Shown: positions 27,538-36,725, numbered from the stretch's first letter. The stretch is DNA of 64,000 bases from Amnibacterium sp. (GCF_025463795.1 NZ_JAODBE010000057.1:6460-70459), one strand, 5' to 3'. Numbers and translations: made by a program. The notes: generated from the sequence alone by a model not told the origin.

Positions 27538-28071
27538 TCAGCCGGTGGCGATGCGGGGCAGGTAGTCCTGCCGGTAGATGAGCGCGACCGGCTCACCGCG
27601 GCTGTGCACCCCGGTCCGGTCGTAGACGGACTTCAGGTGGTCCTGCACCGTGTCGACGGTGACGTGCAGCCGCGCGGTGATCTCGCGGGTGGAGAGCCCC
27701 CGGCAGACGAAGGCGGCGACCTCCTGCTCCCGCGCCGTGAGCACCTACGCGGCCACGAACACCGGCGCGACATCGGCCGGGGCCGCATCCTCGATGATCA
27801 CCGCGACGGTGCCGTCGCGGTCGCGCTCATCCATGAGGCGTGGAGGGCGGCCCAGCGGCCGCTCCTCGTGCGGACGGGAAGGCGGGGCAGCTGCGCGCGG
27901 GTGAACAGGAGGGTGACGGGGTCGACCGCGGCCCACGACAGCGCGTCCACCGGATCGATCCGCCGCAAGCGCGGCAGGACCGCGGGCCCGGAACGCGCCG
28001 ATGTCCAGCCCGGCACGGCACGTCGCCACGATCGCCGCCGTGGCGTTGTGCAGTGCCGGGCCGGTGAGCAT
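27538..28071 (-). pseudogene. Decayed LuxR-family regulator with an in-frame TAG plus at least two frameshifts
   Basis: An intact GerE helix-turn-helix (LTAREQEVAAFVCRGLSTREITARLHVTVDTVQDHLKSVYDRTGVHSR) is preceded by TAG (27745-27747), where family members have Tyr. The upstream coding signal switches frame: MLTGPALHNATAAIVATCRAGLD..., then VLPRLRRIDPVDALSWAAVDPVTLLFTRAQLP, then DGTVAVIIEDAAPADVAPVFVAA. Confidence 0.65.
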
Positions 28072-28093
28072 CGGTGGCCCCGTGCCCCGGAAT

Positions 28094-28384
28094 CTACGCG
28101 CCGGCCACGACCTCGTAGCGCCCTTCCGCGAGCAAGGCGCTGCCGGTCGCCGCGATCGTCGCGGCCCGACTCCGGTCGGCGAACCCATCCGTCGCCACCG
28201 CGGCGGCCTCGCTGTCCCAGAGGGTCAACGTCAGGGCAGTTCCGGCATCGCGGTCGACGAAGAACATGACCCCGGCGTTGCCCGGCAGTCCCTCGACGAA
28301 CCCCCTGACCGTGCTCTCCGCGTGCTCGATCCACCGCTTCAGGACCTCCTGCGATCCCGACCATGTCGACGTGCGTGCGAACAT
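28094..28384 (-). CDS. ABM (antibiotic-biosynthesis-monooxygenase/Dabb)-like small protein
   Basis: GAGGAGCGGAG precedes ATG 28384 (alternative ATG 28399). Sequence MFARTSTWSGSQEVLKRWIEHAESTVRGFVEGLPGNAGVMFFVDRDAGTALTLTLWDSE... Confidence 0.7.
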   Translation of the reverse strand: MFARTSTWSGSQEVLKRWIEHAESTVRGFVEGLPGNAGVMFFVDRDAGTALTLTLWDSEAAAVATDGFADRSRAATIAATGSALLAEGRYEVVAGA

Positions 28385-28475
28385 CTCCGCTCCTCTCATC
28401 CCCGACAGTCGACCGCCTGCCGCGGATCGCGGCCATACCAGAAATCTGGGGGTGCCGGCGAGGGTCTGCCTCGGC

Positions 28476-28694
28476 TCAGGCGGGGGTGACAGCGCGGTAC
28501 TCGTGGATCGAGGTGCCGTCGCTCCCGTCGGTCCGCCGCGCTGCGCGGACATAGGCGACTCCCTGGTGCACGAACCAGAGCGGGAGGGGGCCGACGATCG
28601 TGCCCCGGACGCCGCCGCCGACCTCGCCGATCAGCCGCACGTCGTGAACGCGGTCGGGGGATGTCGCGGCGGTCGGATGCGTCTCGTCGACCAT
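28476..28694 (-). CDS. Hypothetical 72-aa protein
   Basis: Its ATG directly follows the upstream stop (TGAATG). Third positions are G/C-rich. I recognise no family. Confidence 0.45.
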   Translation of the reverse strand: MVDETHPTAATSPDRVHDVRLIGEVGGGVRGTIVGPLPLWFVHQGVAYVRAARRTDGSDGTSIHEYRAVTPA

Positions 28695-29006
28695 TCAGTT
28701 CGCCCCGAACGTGTCCGGGTCGGGGAACGAGTAGTCCTCGTAGTGCTGAAGACGATCCTCCATGTACGACTGCGCGTCGGCGTTGTCCGGCTCGGGCAGC
28801 GTCGACCGCGTGCTCTCGGTCATCATCACGGTGCCCGAGTTGAGGAGGTAGTTGGCCTCGACCTCCTCACCGTCGATCCCGATGGACCGGATGATCACGT
28901 TGTCCGCGCTGTTCATCTTGCCGAGCAGCGTCGCGTACCGGACGAGCACATCGGCGACCGCATCACCGATGAGGAGAGACTTGTCTGCGATCGTCACGTG
29001 CTTCAC
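28695..29006 (-). CDS. Hypothetical 103-aa acidic protein
   Basis: GTG at 29006 begins VKHVTIADKSLLIGDAVADVLVRYATLLGKMNSADNVIIRSIGIDGEEVEANYLLNSGTVMMTESTRS... It uses more A/T-ending codons than its neighbours. This is the tail of the artefactual 622-aa ORF. Confidence 0.6.
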   Translation of the reverse strand: MKHVTIADKSLLIGDAVADVLVRYATLLGKMNSADNVIIRSIGIDGEEVEANYLLNSGTVMMTESTRSTLPEPDNADAQSYMEDRLQHYEDYSFPDPDTFGAN

Positions 29007-29013
29007 GGCAGTG

Positions 29014-29042
29014 ACAGTAGGACGGGGGCCGAACTCTGTCAG
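29014..29042 (-). promoter_or_regulatory. Sigma-70-like promoter placed for a leaderless transcript
   Basis: On the minus strand: CTGACA (29042-29037), a 17-nt spacer and TACTGT (29019-29014, TANNNT-type -10). GTG 29006 lies 7 nt downstream and has no Shine-Dalgarno sequence. Confidence 0.35.
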
Positions 29043-29210
29043 CCCGGTTGACAAACGGTCCGCGTTCGGGGCAAGACGGCTGGACGAAGGCCAAGACCCC
29101 GACGACCAGCGCCCGGTCCCACCATCCCGTCGGTGAAGGCCGAAGGAGGATCGCTGATTCGACGGCGGAGGCCTGGGGAGGCACCCAGCCGCGCTGACCA
29201 CGATGGGCCG

Positions 29211-30464
29211 GTGCGGTTCTCCGATGCGGTCCTCTGGCACGTCTATCCGCTCGGCTTCGTCGGTGCCGAACGGACCGCGCAGCCCGCGGTGCGGCACCGC
29301 CTCCCGCAGATGACGGCGTGGCTCGACTACGTGGTCGAGCTCGGCGCGAACGTGCTGCAGCTGGGGCCCGTGTTCGCCTCGGAGTCGCACGGCTACGACA
29401 CCGTCGACCACTTCGCGATCGACGCGCGCCTCGGGGACGACGCCGACTTCGACGCGCTGGTCGCGGCCGCCCGGCAGCGGGGGATCCGGCTCGTGCTGGA
29501 CGGCGTCTTCAACCATGTGGGCCGCTCGTTCCCGAGGTTCCAGGAGGCGTCGACGGATCCGGAGTCGCGCGCTCGCCGCTGGTTCCGGCGGGAGGGCGAC
29601 GGATGGGCGACCTTCGAGGGGCACGACGCCCTCGTCGCGTTGAACCACGACGAGCCCGAGGTGCGCGACCACGTCGTGTCCGTGATGCGGCACTGGCTCG
29701 ACCGCGGCGCGTCCGGGTGGCGGCTGGATGCCGCCTACGCGGTTCCGACGTCGTTCTGGCGCGCCGTCGCCGATGCCGTCCACGAGAGCCATCCGGACGC
29801 CTGGCTGCTCGGCGAGGTGCTGCACGGCGCCTACGCCGCGTTCGTCGGCGACAGCGGCCTCGATTCCGTGACCCAGTACGAGCTCTGGAAGGCCGTGTGG
29901 AGCGGGCTCAACGACCGGAACCTCTTCGAGCTCGCCCATGCTCTCCGCCGGCACGCCGCGATGCTCGAGTCGTTCGTGCCGACGACCTTCCTCGGCAACC
30001 ACGACGTGACGCGGATCGCGAGCGCCCTGCGAGAGCCGTGGCTGCTCCACCACGCGGTCACCGTGCTGTTCACGGTGCCGGGGCATCCCGTCGTCTACGC
30101 GGGTGATGAGCAGGCGTTCACCGGCGTGAAGGAGGAGCGCGCGGGCGGGGACGACGAGGTGCGGCCGCCCTTCCCCGCCACCCCCGGGGAGCTGTCGGCC
30201 CTCGGCGAACCGACCCTGCGCCTGCACCAGAGGTTGATCGGACTGCGGCGGCGGTCTCCCTGGCTCGTCAACGGGGTGCTGACGGTCGAACGGCTGGAGA
30301 ACGAGCTGCTCGTCTACCGGGTCGCGAACCGGGGCGACCCCGAGCAGGCCCTGACCGTCGTGCTCAACCTCACGGACCGTCCTGCAGCCGTCCCGGTGCC
30401 GTCCGGACGGCGGATCCTCGAAGGCGGCCTCGGGCCCCGCGAGGCGGCCGTGATCGGCGACTGA
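29211..30464 (+). CDS. GH13 alpha-amylase-family glycoside hydrolase
   Basis: The four GH13 regions are present: VLDGVFNHVG, GWRLDAAYAVP, LLGEVLH and FLGNHDVTR. The start is uncertain (GTG 29211, or track start 29133). Confidence 0.87.
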   Translation: MRFSDAVLWHVYPLGFVGAERTAQPAVRHRLPQMTAWLDYVVELGANVLQLGPVFASESHGYDTVDHFAIDARLGDDADFDALVAAARQRGIRLVLDGVFNHVGRSFPRFQEASTDPESRARRWFRREGDGWATFEGHDALVALNHDEPEVRDHVVSVMRHWLDRGASGWRLDAAYAVPTSFWRAVADAVHESHPDAWLLGEVLHGAYAAFVGDSGLDSVTQYELWKAVWSGLNDRNLFELAHALRRHAAMLESFVPTTFLGNHDVTRIASALREPWLLHHAVTVLFTVPGHPVVYAGDEQAFTGVKEERAGGDDEVRPPFPATPGELSALGEPTLRLHQRLIGLRRRSPWLVNGVLTVERLENELLVYRVANRGDPEQALTVVLNLTDRPAAVPVPSGRRILEGGLGPREAAVIGD

Positions 30465-30570
30465 CGAGCGGCCCGACTCGGCACGGGTGGGGCCACCCGG
30501 CGGCGGGATGTCGAGGCCCGAGGTCGCGGCGGAGGAGCCTGATCCCGTCGTCCGATCTGGCACCCCGGCC

Positions 30571-30960
30571 TCAATGCGCGACGGGGCTGATCAGGATCGC
30601 CAGCCCCGCGAGGACCGTCCCGCTCACGTTCAGCACGATGCCGACCCGGATGGAGACCACCTTCTGGCGGTACGCCTGCTCGAGACGGAAGCCGAGCACC
30701 GGGCAGCCCGCCCAGATGAGCAGCGCGAGGCCGACGGCTGCGGCGAGGGCGCCGATCCACCACACGTCCGCGACAGCGGCCGGCAGCGTGCCGGGGCGCC
30801 ACCCGGCCGCGAGCAGAGGTCCGAGCCCGAGCGGCGGCACGAGCATCGCGGTCGCGGTCCAGAGGCTTCCGGTCCGGATGATGCGTGCGGTCTCCACCGG
30901 AACGGACTCCATCGCCGTCGCTGCCCGGTCCTCGGTCTCCGTCGCGCGCTGCTCGTCCAT
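30571..30960 (-). CDS. Small integral membrane protein (about 3-4 TM helices), hypothetical
   Basis: This is the tail of the artefactual 539-aa ORF: MDEQRATETEDRAATAMESVPVETARIIRTGSLWTATAMLVPPLGLGPLLAAGW... An alternative start is ATG 30912. Confidence 0.6.
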   Translation of the reverse strand: MDEQRATETEDRAATAMESVPVETARIIRTGSLWTATAMLVPPLGLGPLLAAGWRPGTLPAAVADVWWIGALAAAVGLALLIWAGCPVLGFRLEQAYRQKVVSIRVGIVLNVSGTVLAGLAILISPVAH

Positions 30961-31204
30961 GTGCACAGCATCGTGCCGCCCGGCGCGGAATCGGCTGTGC
31001 ACTGGGGGGACCTGTCCGACACCTCGAAGCCCCGTAGGCCGGATGCGGGCGATACGTGAATCCCGGCATGCCACGGTTCCTCGGTGAGCGGTACCGTTCG
31101 GCGCCTCCTCACGAGCTCCATCGTCCGGGGGACGGGACGCCGCACCCGGGCTCCGGAGACGGACGTGCCGGGCCGACCGTGCTCGCACAGGAGGAGGTCG
31201 ACCG

Positions 31205-33520
31205 ATGGCGGAGGTCGACGAGCACCGGCTCGCGCTCGTGCTGAACGGCGGGATCAGCCTCGCGATCTGGATGGGCGGCGTCGCGAACGAGCTCGACCTC
31301 GTCCGGAGGGCGTCGTGGCCGGGGGCCGACGAGCCGCCGATGACGGAGCCCGAGCGCGAGGTCTTCACGCTGTGGCGGCGCGCGTGTGAGGGGAAGCCGC
31401 GGGTCGTCGTGGACGTCATCGCCGGCACGAGCGCCGGCGGCCTGAACGGCGTGTTCCTCGCGACGGCGATCGCCCGCAACGGCACGCTCGGATCGCTGCG
31501 AGCGCTCTGGATGGACCGCGCCCAGCTCGACGGCGAGGAGCACCATCTGCTCGACCCGAGCCGCACGACCGTCAACTCCGTCCTGAACGGCGCCGCCTTC
31601 CTCGGCTCGGTCGTGGACGGGCTCCAGAAGATCGCCCCGATCGGCGACGAGGCGGGGGAGGAGGAGGTGACGCTCGTCACCACGGCGAGCGCTGTCGGCG
31701 GTCCGTCCCGGGTCTTCCGGGACTCCCAGGGGACCCGGTTCGAGCTGCCCGACCACCGCCGGCGGTACCGGTTCCGGTCGGGGCCAGGCGGATTCGTCGC
31801 GACGTCCGACCCGACGGTCGGGCTGCAGCGCGGCGACGACGTCCGCGACTTCGGCCCGGAGACGGCCGCCGCGTTGGCCGAGGCGGCGCGGGCGACCGCG
31901 TCGATCCCCGGCGTGTTCGACCCCGTCGAGGAGTCGCCGATGCTCCGGCAGCACCGCCGACTCCCGGTGCACGACGACGGCGGTCCCGCCGACTGGCTGC
32001 TCGACGGCGGGCTGCTCGACAACGCCCCGTTCGACGCGGTGCTCGACGCCATCGGCAAGCGGTCCGTCGACGCGACCTGGAAGCGGAGCCTCGCGTACAT
32101 CGTCCCGTCCGCGCCGGACCCCGAGATCGAGCAGGAGCTGGCGGCGCAGGGCATGCCCTCGTGGGCGGCGATCGTCCCGAAGATCTTCACCTACCCGGGG
32201 GAGGCGAACCTCCGCGACGGCATCGACCGGCTGGACGCGATGATGAACACCGCACGGCCCGATGTGGACGTTCAGCGGTTCGTGCAGCTCGTCACCGGGA
32301 ACGGCGCAGGCACGATCGTCGCAGGGGCCGAAGCGCTCTTCCCGTACTACCGGGCGGCCGCGGCGAGCGTGGGGATCGCGGAGGCGTACGACGCGGCCTC
32401 CGACGACGGCGTGCAGTCGCTGCAACCCGAACCCTGGGGCGACGACCTCAGCGCGGTCGTCGACGGACCCCAGACATGGCTGCCGAACGCCTTCGCCTAC
32501 GCTCCGGGCGACCTCTGGCACTGGGGAGTCGCGCCCGCGGACCGCCTCGTGAGGTTGTTCCTCCGCAGCATCCGCACGTCGGAGGGCGACGAGCAGAACG
32601 AGCGGCGCCGGCGGCTGCATGTGATCACGGAAGAGCTGCACGCCATCGCGAGACTCGTGCGCGAAGCGCTCGCCTCGCAACCGGCCGGTCCCGCATCCGC
32701 GGCGGACATCGCCGTCGAGCTCAGCCGGATCCACGGCGAGCTCGGCGTGCCGCAGCGGGTGCGTGACCTGGTCGACGAGGCGGCGGGCCTGGTGGCCGCG
32801 GGGCTCGGTGATCCGGTCGATCCCACACGGGCCCTGCGGGCGGGGCTCAGCCTCGAGGTGGTGAACGGTGCGCCCGGGCTCCCCGTGGACGCCACCCCGA
32901 CACCGGTCTTCGACTTCTTCCGGTTCGACGTGCGGCTGCCGCTGGACCTGTTCGGCCTCGCGACGCTGCAGGAGCAGCGGAAGATCGCGAATGCGTCGGA
33001 CATCCTCTACGGCACGCGGCTCGGGCACTTCGCGGCGTTCGGGAGCCGGAAGTGGCGGGAGTGGGACTGGCTGTGGGGCCGGATCAGCGCGACCCTGCAC
33101 CTCTGCGAGCTCCTCGGCGTCCCCGATCAGGCGGCCGGGATCATCCGGGCCATCGTCGAGGCGGAGGGGACCTCGGAGGTCGATGTCACCAAGACGGCGA
33201 AGGCGCTGCTCACGGGTGACGGCACGACGGGAAGCGACCTCTTCACGCAGATGCGCAAGGCGCGCGGCACCGTCGGGGTGGCAGCAGGTGCCGCGCTGCG
33301 CATGGGCGACCGGTGGTGGGTGTCACCGTCCCTGACCGGCGTCGCCGGAAGCGCAGGATCGGTCGTTGCGACGATCCTCGGCCGTGAGATGCCGAGGTCC
33401 TCGAAGTCGGTGCACCCGCCGCCACCGGCGCAGGGCGTCGTCGTCCGCGTGGTCGGGTACGTCGGCCGCGTCGCCCTGGCTGGCCCGAGATGGGTGCTGT
33501 GGTGGTGGCTGGGCCGCTGA
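31205..33520 (+). CDS. Patatin-like phospholipase with a C-terminal DUF3376-type region (TIGR03607-like)
   Basis: AGGAGGAGG precedes the ATG. Oxyanion region LVLNGGISLAIWMGG, GxSxG motif AGTSAGG, catalytic Asp LLDGGLLDNAPF. The C-terminal region has YGTRLGHFAAFGSRKWREWDWLWGR and a hydrophobic tail. Confidence 0.9.
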   Translation: MAEVDEHRLALVLNGGISLAIWMGGVANELDLVRRASWPGADEPPMTEPEREVFTLWRRACEGKPRVVVDVIAGTSAGGLNGVFLATAIARNGTLGSLRALWMDRAQLDGEEHHLLDPSRTTVNSVLNGAAFLGSVVDGLQKIAPIGDEAGEEEVTLVTTASAVGGPSRVFRDSQGTRFELPDHRRRYRFRSGPGGFVATSDPTVGLQRGDDVRDFGPETAAALAEAARATASIPGVFDPVEESPMLRQHRRLPVHDDGGPADWLLDGGLLDNAPFDAVLDAIGKRSVDATWKRSLAYIVPSAPDPEIEQELAAQGMPSWAAIVPKIFTYPGEANLRDGIDRLDAMMNTARPDVDVQRFVQLVTGNGAGTIVAGAEALFPYYRAAAASVGIAEAYDAASDDGVQSLQPEPWGDDLSAVVDGPQTWLPNAFAYAPGDLWHWGVAPADRLVRLFLRSIRTSEGDEQNERRRRLHVITEELHAIARLVREALASQPAGPASAADIAVELSRIHGELGVPQRVRDLVDEAAGLVAAGLGDPVDPTRALRAGLSLEVVNGAPGLPVDATPTPVFDFFRFDVRLPLDLFGLATLQEQRKIANASDILYGTRLGHFAAFGSRKWREWDWLWGRISATLHLCELLGVPDQAAGIIRAIVEAEGTSEVDVTKTAKALLTGDGTTGSDLFTQMRKARGTVGVAAGAALRMGDRWWVSPSLTGVAGSAGSVVATILGREMPRSSKSVHPPPPAQGVVVRVVGYVGRVALAGPRWVLWWWLGR

Positions 33521-33547
33521 GCGGCCTTCGGGGGCGGGCGCGATCCG

Positions 33548-34930
33548 TCAGCGCGCAGCAGGAAGCGGGCGGATGCGGAGACCGGCGATCGCCGCGGCGA
33601 CGAGGAGTGCCGCGGCGATCAGCAGGCTGACCTGCATGCCTTGGACGAAGCGCGCCGGGTCGGCGATCAGGGCCCCGAAGACCGCGATCGCGACCGCGCC
33701 GCCCACCTGACGGAAGGTGTTGAAGACGGCGCTCGCGGTGCCGGAGAGCTCTTGTGGCACGCTGGCGAGGACGATGCCGGTGACCGACGGCATCGCCACG
33801 GATCCGCCGGCGCCGGTGAGGACGAGCAGGCTCGTCACGGCCGGTGCGGCGTTCAGGGGTGCGACGGCGAACATGCCGAGCACCCCGACCGCCATGCAGA
33901 CCATGCCGGCCACGACGGGGATCCGGGTGCCGAAACGCACGGTGATCGGGCCGCTGGCGAGGTTCCCCACGACGCTGAAGATCGCGGTCGGGAAGACCAG
34001 CAGGCCGGCCACGAGCGGGCTCAGGCCGAGATGCTGCTGCACGAACAGGCTCACGAGGAACACGGTCCCGAAGTTCGCGACCATGAAGGAGAATCCGACC
34101 AGGAGCGCGATCCGCATGCCCACCGACCCGAACAGGCTCAACGGCATCATCGGTTGGCGCACGCGGCGCTCGACCAGGACGAAGGCGGCCAGTCCGACGA
34201 TCGCGAGGAGCCCGTCGCTGATGACGGGGGGCGTGCCGAAGCCCTCGGCGCCGCCCTGGATCAGGCAGGAGATCAAGGCGCTCAGGCCGACGACGGCGGT
34301 GAGCTGGCCGATCCAGTCGAAGCGGCTCGGCCGGACCGGCGACCGCCGCACGCGGAGCAGGAGCACGAGCATCGCGACGCAGACCGGGATGTTGATCCCG
34401 AAGACCAGCCGCCAGCTGACCGTCGTGAGCAGGCCGCCCACCAACGGCCCGAGAGCACCCGCGACGGCTCCGCCGACGGCCCACACTCCGAGGGCGCGTG
34501 CCCGCCGTCGCGGGTCCGGGTAGGCCTCGCGGATCAGCGCCATCGACGCGGGCAGCATCAGGGCCGCAGAGGCGCCTTGGACGCATCGCGCGGCGATCAG
34601 CGCGCCGAGCGTGGGGGCGCCGGCGCAGGCGGCGGACGTGATCGCGAAGAGGCCGATCCCGGTCGCGATCGCCCGCTTGGCCCCGATCGTGTCCGACAGG
34701 TTGCCGGCGAACAGGAGCAGCGAGGCGAAGAGCAGCGTGTAGCCGTCGATCACCCACTGCTTCCCGGCCGTCGCGCCACCCAGCTCGGCGCCGATCCGCG
34801 TCAGCGCGACGTTCACGATCAGGATGTCCAGTGTGATCAGGAAGAACCCCAGCGACCCGATCGCCAGCGCGGCACCGGGACGAGGACCGCGCGCCGGCGA
34901 GGACGTGGCGGCGTCGGTTGCCTGCGTCAC
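33548..34930 (-). CDS. MFS transporter, DHA2-like
   Basis: GTG 34930 overlaps the upstream stop (GTGA). Contains LSDTIGAKRAIATG and 14 predicted hydrophobic spans. Confidence 0.9.
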   Translation of the reverse strand: MTQATDAATSSPARGPRPGAALAIGSLGFFLITLDILIVNVALTRIGAELGGATAGKQWVIDGYTLLFASLLLFAGNLSDTIGAKRAIATGIGLFAITSAACAGAPTLGALIAARCVQGASAALMLPASMALIREAYPDPRRRARALGVWAVGGAVAGALGPLVGGLLTTVSWRLVFGINIPVCVAMLVLLLRVRRSPVRPSRFDWIGQLTAVVGLSALISCLIQGGAEGFGTPPVISDGLLAIVGLAAFVLVERRVRQPMMPLSLFGSVGMRIALLVGFSFMVANFGTVFLVSLFVQQHLGLSPLVAGLLVFPTAIFSVVGNLASGPITVRFGTRIPVVAGMVCMAVGVLGMFAVAPLNAAPAVTSLLVLTGAGGSVAMPSVTGIVLASVPQELSGTASAVFNTFRQVGGAVAIAVFGALIADPARFVQGMQVSLLIAAALLVAAAIAGLRIRPLPAAR

Positions 34931-35895
34931 CACCAGAACGGGGTCTGCGGTGTGTAGGGCGCCTCGAGTTCGCTCGTCTCCTCGGGGGTGAGGTGCACGT
35001 CGAGCGCGGCGACGGCATCCGCGAGGTGGTGCGGCTTGGTGGCGCCGACGACGGGCGCGGAGACCACCGGGTTCTGCAGCACCCAGGCGAGGGCGATCAG
35101 CGCCATCGGCAGCTCGCGGCGCTCCGCCACGCGCTGCACGGCGTCGACGACGGCCTCGTCGTCGGGGGCGTCGAAGGCCCGGGCGACCTCGTCGGTGCCG
35201 GAGCGCCGGGTCTGCTCGCCCCACGGTCGGGTGAGGCGGCCCTTGCCCTGGGGGGAGTAGGGAACGAGGCCGACGCCGAGATCCGCGCAGAGCGGGATCA
35301 TCTCCCGCTCCTCCTCGCGCTTGATCAGGTTGTACTGGTCCTGCATCGACGCGAACCGGGTCCATCCGCCGACGTCGGCGGCGTGCTGCAGCTTCGCGAA
35401 CTGCCACGCCCACATCGAGGATGCACCGAGGTAGCGCACCTTTCCCGCTTTCACGACGTCGTGCAGGGTCTCCATCGTCTCCTCGACCGGCGCTTCGGGG
35501 TCGAAGCGGTGGATCTGATAGAGGTCGATGTACTCCGTGCCGAGCCGGGCGAGGGACGCGTCCACCTGCTCGATGATGGCCTTCCGGGACAGGCCACCGC
35601 CGCCCGGTCCCGGGTGCATCCGGCCGTAGACCTTGGTGGCGAGCACGATGTCCTCACGGCGCGAGTACCGCCGGATCCCTCGGCCGACGAACTCCTCCGA
35701 GCTGCCCTGCTGATACGTGTTCGCGGTGTCCCAGAGGGTGACGCCGAGCTCCACGGCCTGGCGGAAGAACGGCTGCGAGGCATCCTCGTCGAGCGTCCAG
35801 GTGTGCAGGCCGCGCGTCGGGTCGCCGAAGCTCATGCACCCCATGGCGATCCGGCTGACGACCAGGCCGGTACGGCCGAGACGGGTGTACTCCAC
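34927..35895 (-). CDS. Aldo/keto reductase
   Basis: MEYTRLGRTGLVVSRIAMGCMSFG..WDTANTY...IDLYQIHRFD. Confidence 0.93.
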   Translation of the reverse strand: MEYTRLGRTGLVVSRIAMGCMSFGDPTRGLHTWTLDEDASQPFFRQAVELGVTLWDTANTYQQGSSEEFVGRGIRRYSRREDIVLATKVYGRMHPGPGGGGLSRKAIIEQVDASLARLGTEYIDLYQIHRFDPEAPVEETMETLHDVVKAGKVRYLGASSMWAWQFAKLQHAADVGGWTRFASMQDQYNLIKREEEREMIPLCADLGVGLVPYSPQGKGRLTRPWGEQTRRSGTDEVARAFDAPDDEAVVDAVQRVAERRELPMALIALAWVLQNPVVSAPVVGATKPHHLADAVAALDVHLTPEETSELEAPYTPQTPFWW

Positions 35896-35949
35896 AGAAC
35901 CCTCCCTCCTACTCCATCCGGCTGAACGCCGAATGCTGACGTGCTCGGT

Positions 35950-36276
35950 TCAGTCGCTGAAGACCTGCCCGGCGACGCTGATCCCCGTCATCGCCTTGGG
36001 CCAGCCGGCATAGAACGCGAGATGGGTGATCGCCTCGATCAGCTCCGTCTCGGTGAGCCCGTTCTCCATGGCGCGGCGGAGGTGGAACCGGAGCTGGTCT
36101 GCGTCGCCGCCGGCGACGAGCGCGGCGACGGTGATGAGGCTCCTGTCCCGGGCGGCGAGCTGCGTGCGGACCCAGACGTCCTCGAAGAGCACGTCGTCGG
36201 TGAGGGCGGCGAGCTTCGGGGCGACGTCGCCGATGGAGCGTCGGCCACCGCCGACCTGCTTCGGCTGATCGGTCAT
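35950..36276 (-). CDS. Carboxymuconolactone decarboxylase (AhpD-like) family protein
   Basis: ...LTETELIEAITHLAFYAGWPKA... The ATG overlaps the cupin gene stop (ATGA). Confidence 0.88.
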   Translation of the reverse strand: MTDQPKQVGGGRRSIGDVAPKLAALTDDVLFEDVWVRTQLAARDRSLITVAALVAGGDADQLRFHLRRAMENGLTETELIEAITHLAFYAGWPKAMTGISVAGQVFSD

Positions 36277-36698
36277 CGTGCCGCCTTCTTCGCTGCCGCG
36301 TCGGCGTCCTGATACTGCTCGTCCGTGACGGGCTCGAGCCAGCGGGTCGGGTCGCTGCCGTCCTCGTTGACGTCGAGGAGTGCGTAGTGGGCCAGCAGGG
36401 TGTCCTCGGTCGCGCCGTGCCAGTGCTCCTCGCCGGGTGGCGTCCACACCGTCTCGCCGGGGCGGATGCGGAGGACGTGACCAGCACGGTCGACCACGAG
36501 GCCGACGCCGTCGGCTCCGTGCAGCGTCTGGCCGGCGTCGTGGGAGTGCCAGTGCGACCGGGCGCCCGGCGTGAAGCGCACGAGGGCGGCCGTGAGTCGG
36601 GAGTTGCCGCTCGGACCGGCGATCGGGGTGACGTAGACGTCGCCCGTGAAGGTCGCGGCGGGGCCCTTGTCGGTCGGCCGGGTGGGGGAGTGCTCCAT
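36273..36698 (-). CDS. Cupin domain protein
   Basis: Metal-site pattern HWHSHDAGQTLH...GEEHWHGA. Confidence 0.88.
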   Translation of the reverse strand: MEHSPTRPTDKGPAATFTGDVYVTPIAGPSGNSRLTAALVRFTPGARSHWHSHDAGQTLHGADGVGLVVDRAGHVLRIRPGETVWTPPGEEHWHGATEDTLLAHYALLDVNEDGSDPTRWLEPVTDEQYQDADAAAKKAAR

Positions 36699-36725
36699 CG
36701 GGAGCTCCTTTCGGGGTGGTGGAGG

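Noticed and set aside
30571-33520. The patatin gene as the effector of a known anti-phage system (CBASS-like or similar)
   Set aside because: No cyclase, sensor, NTPase or other signature partner genes are adjacent. The neighbours are a GH13 hydrolase and an MFS pump.
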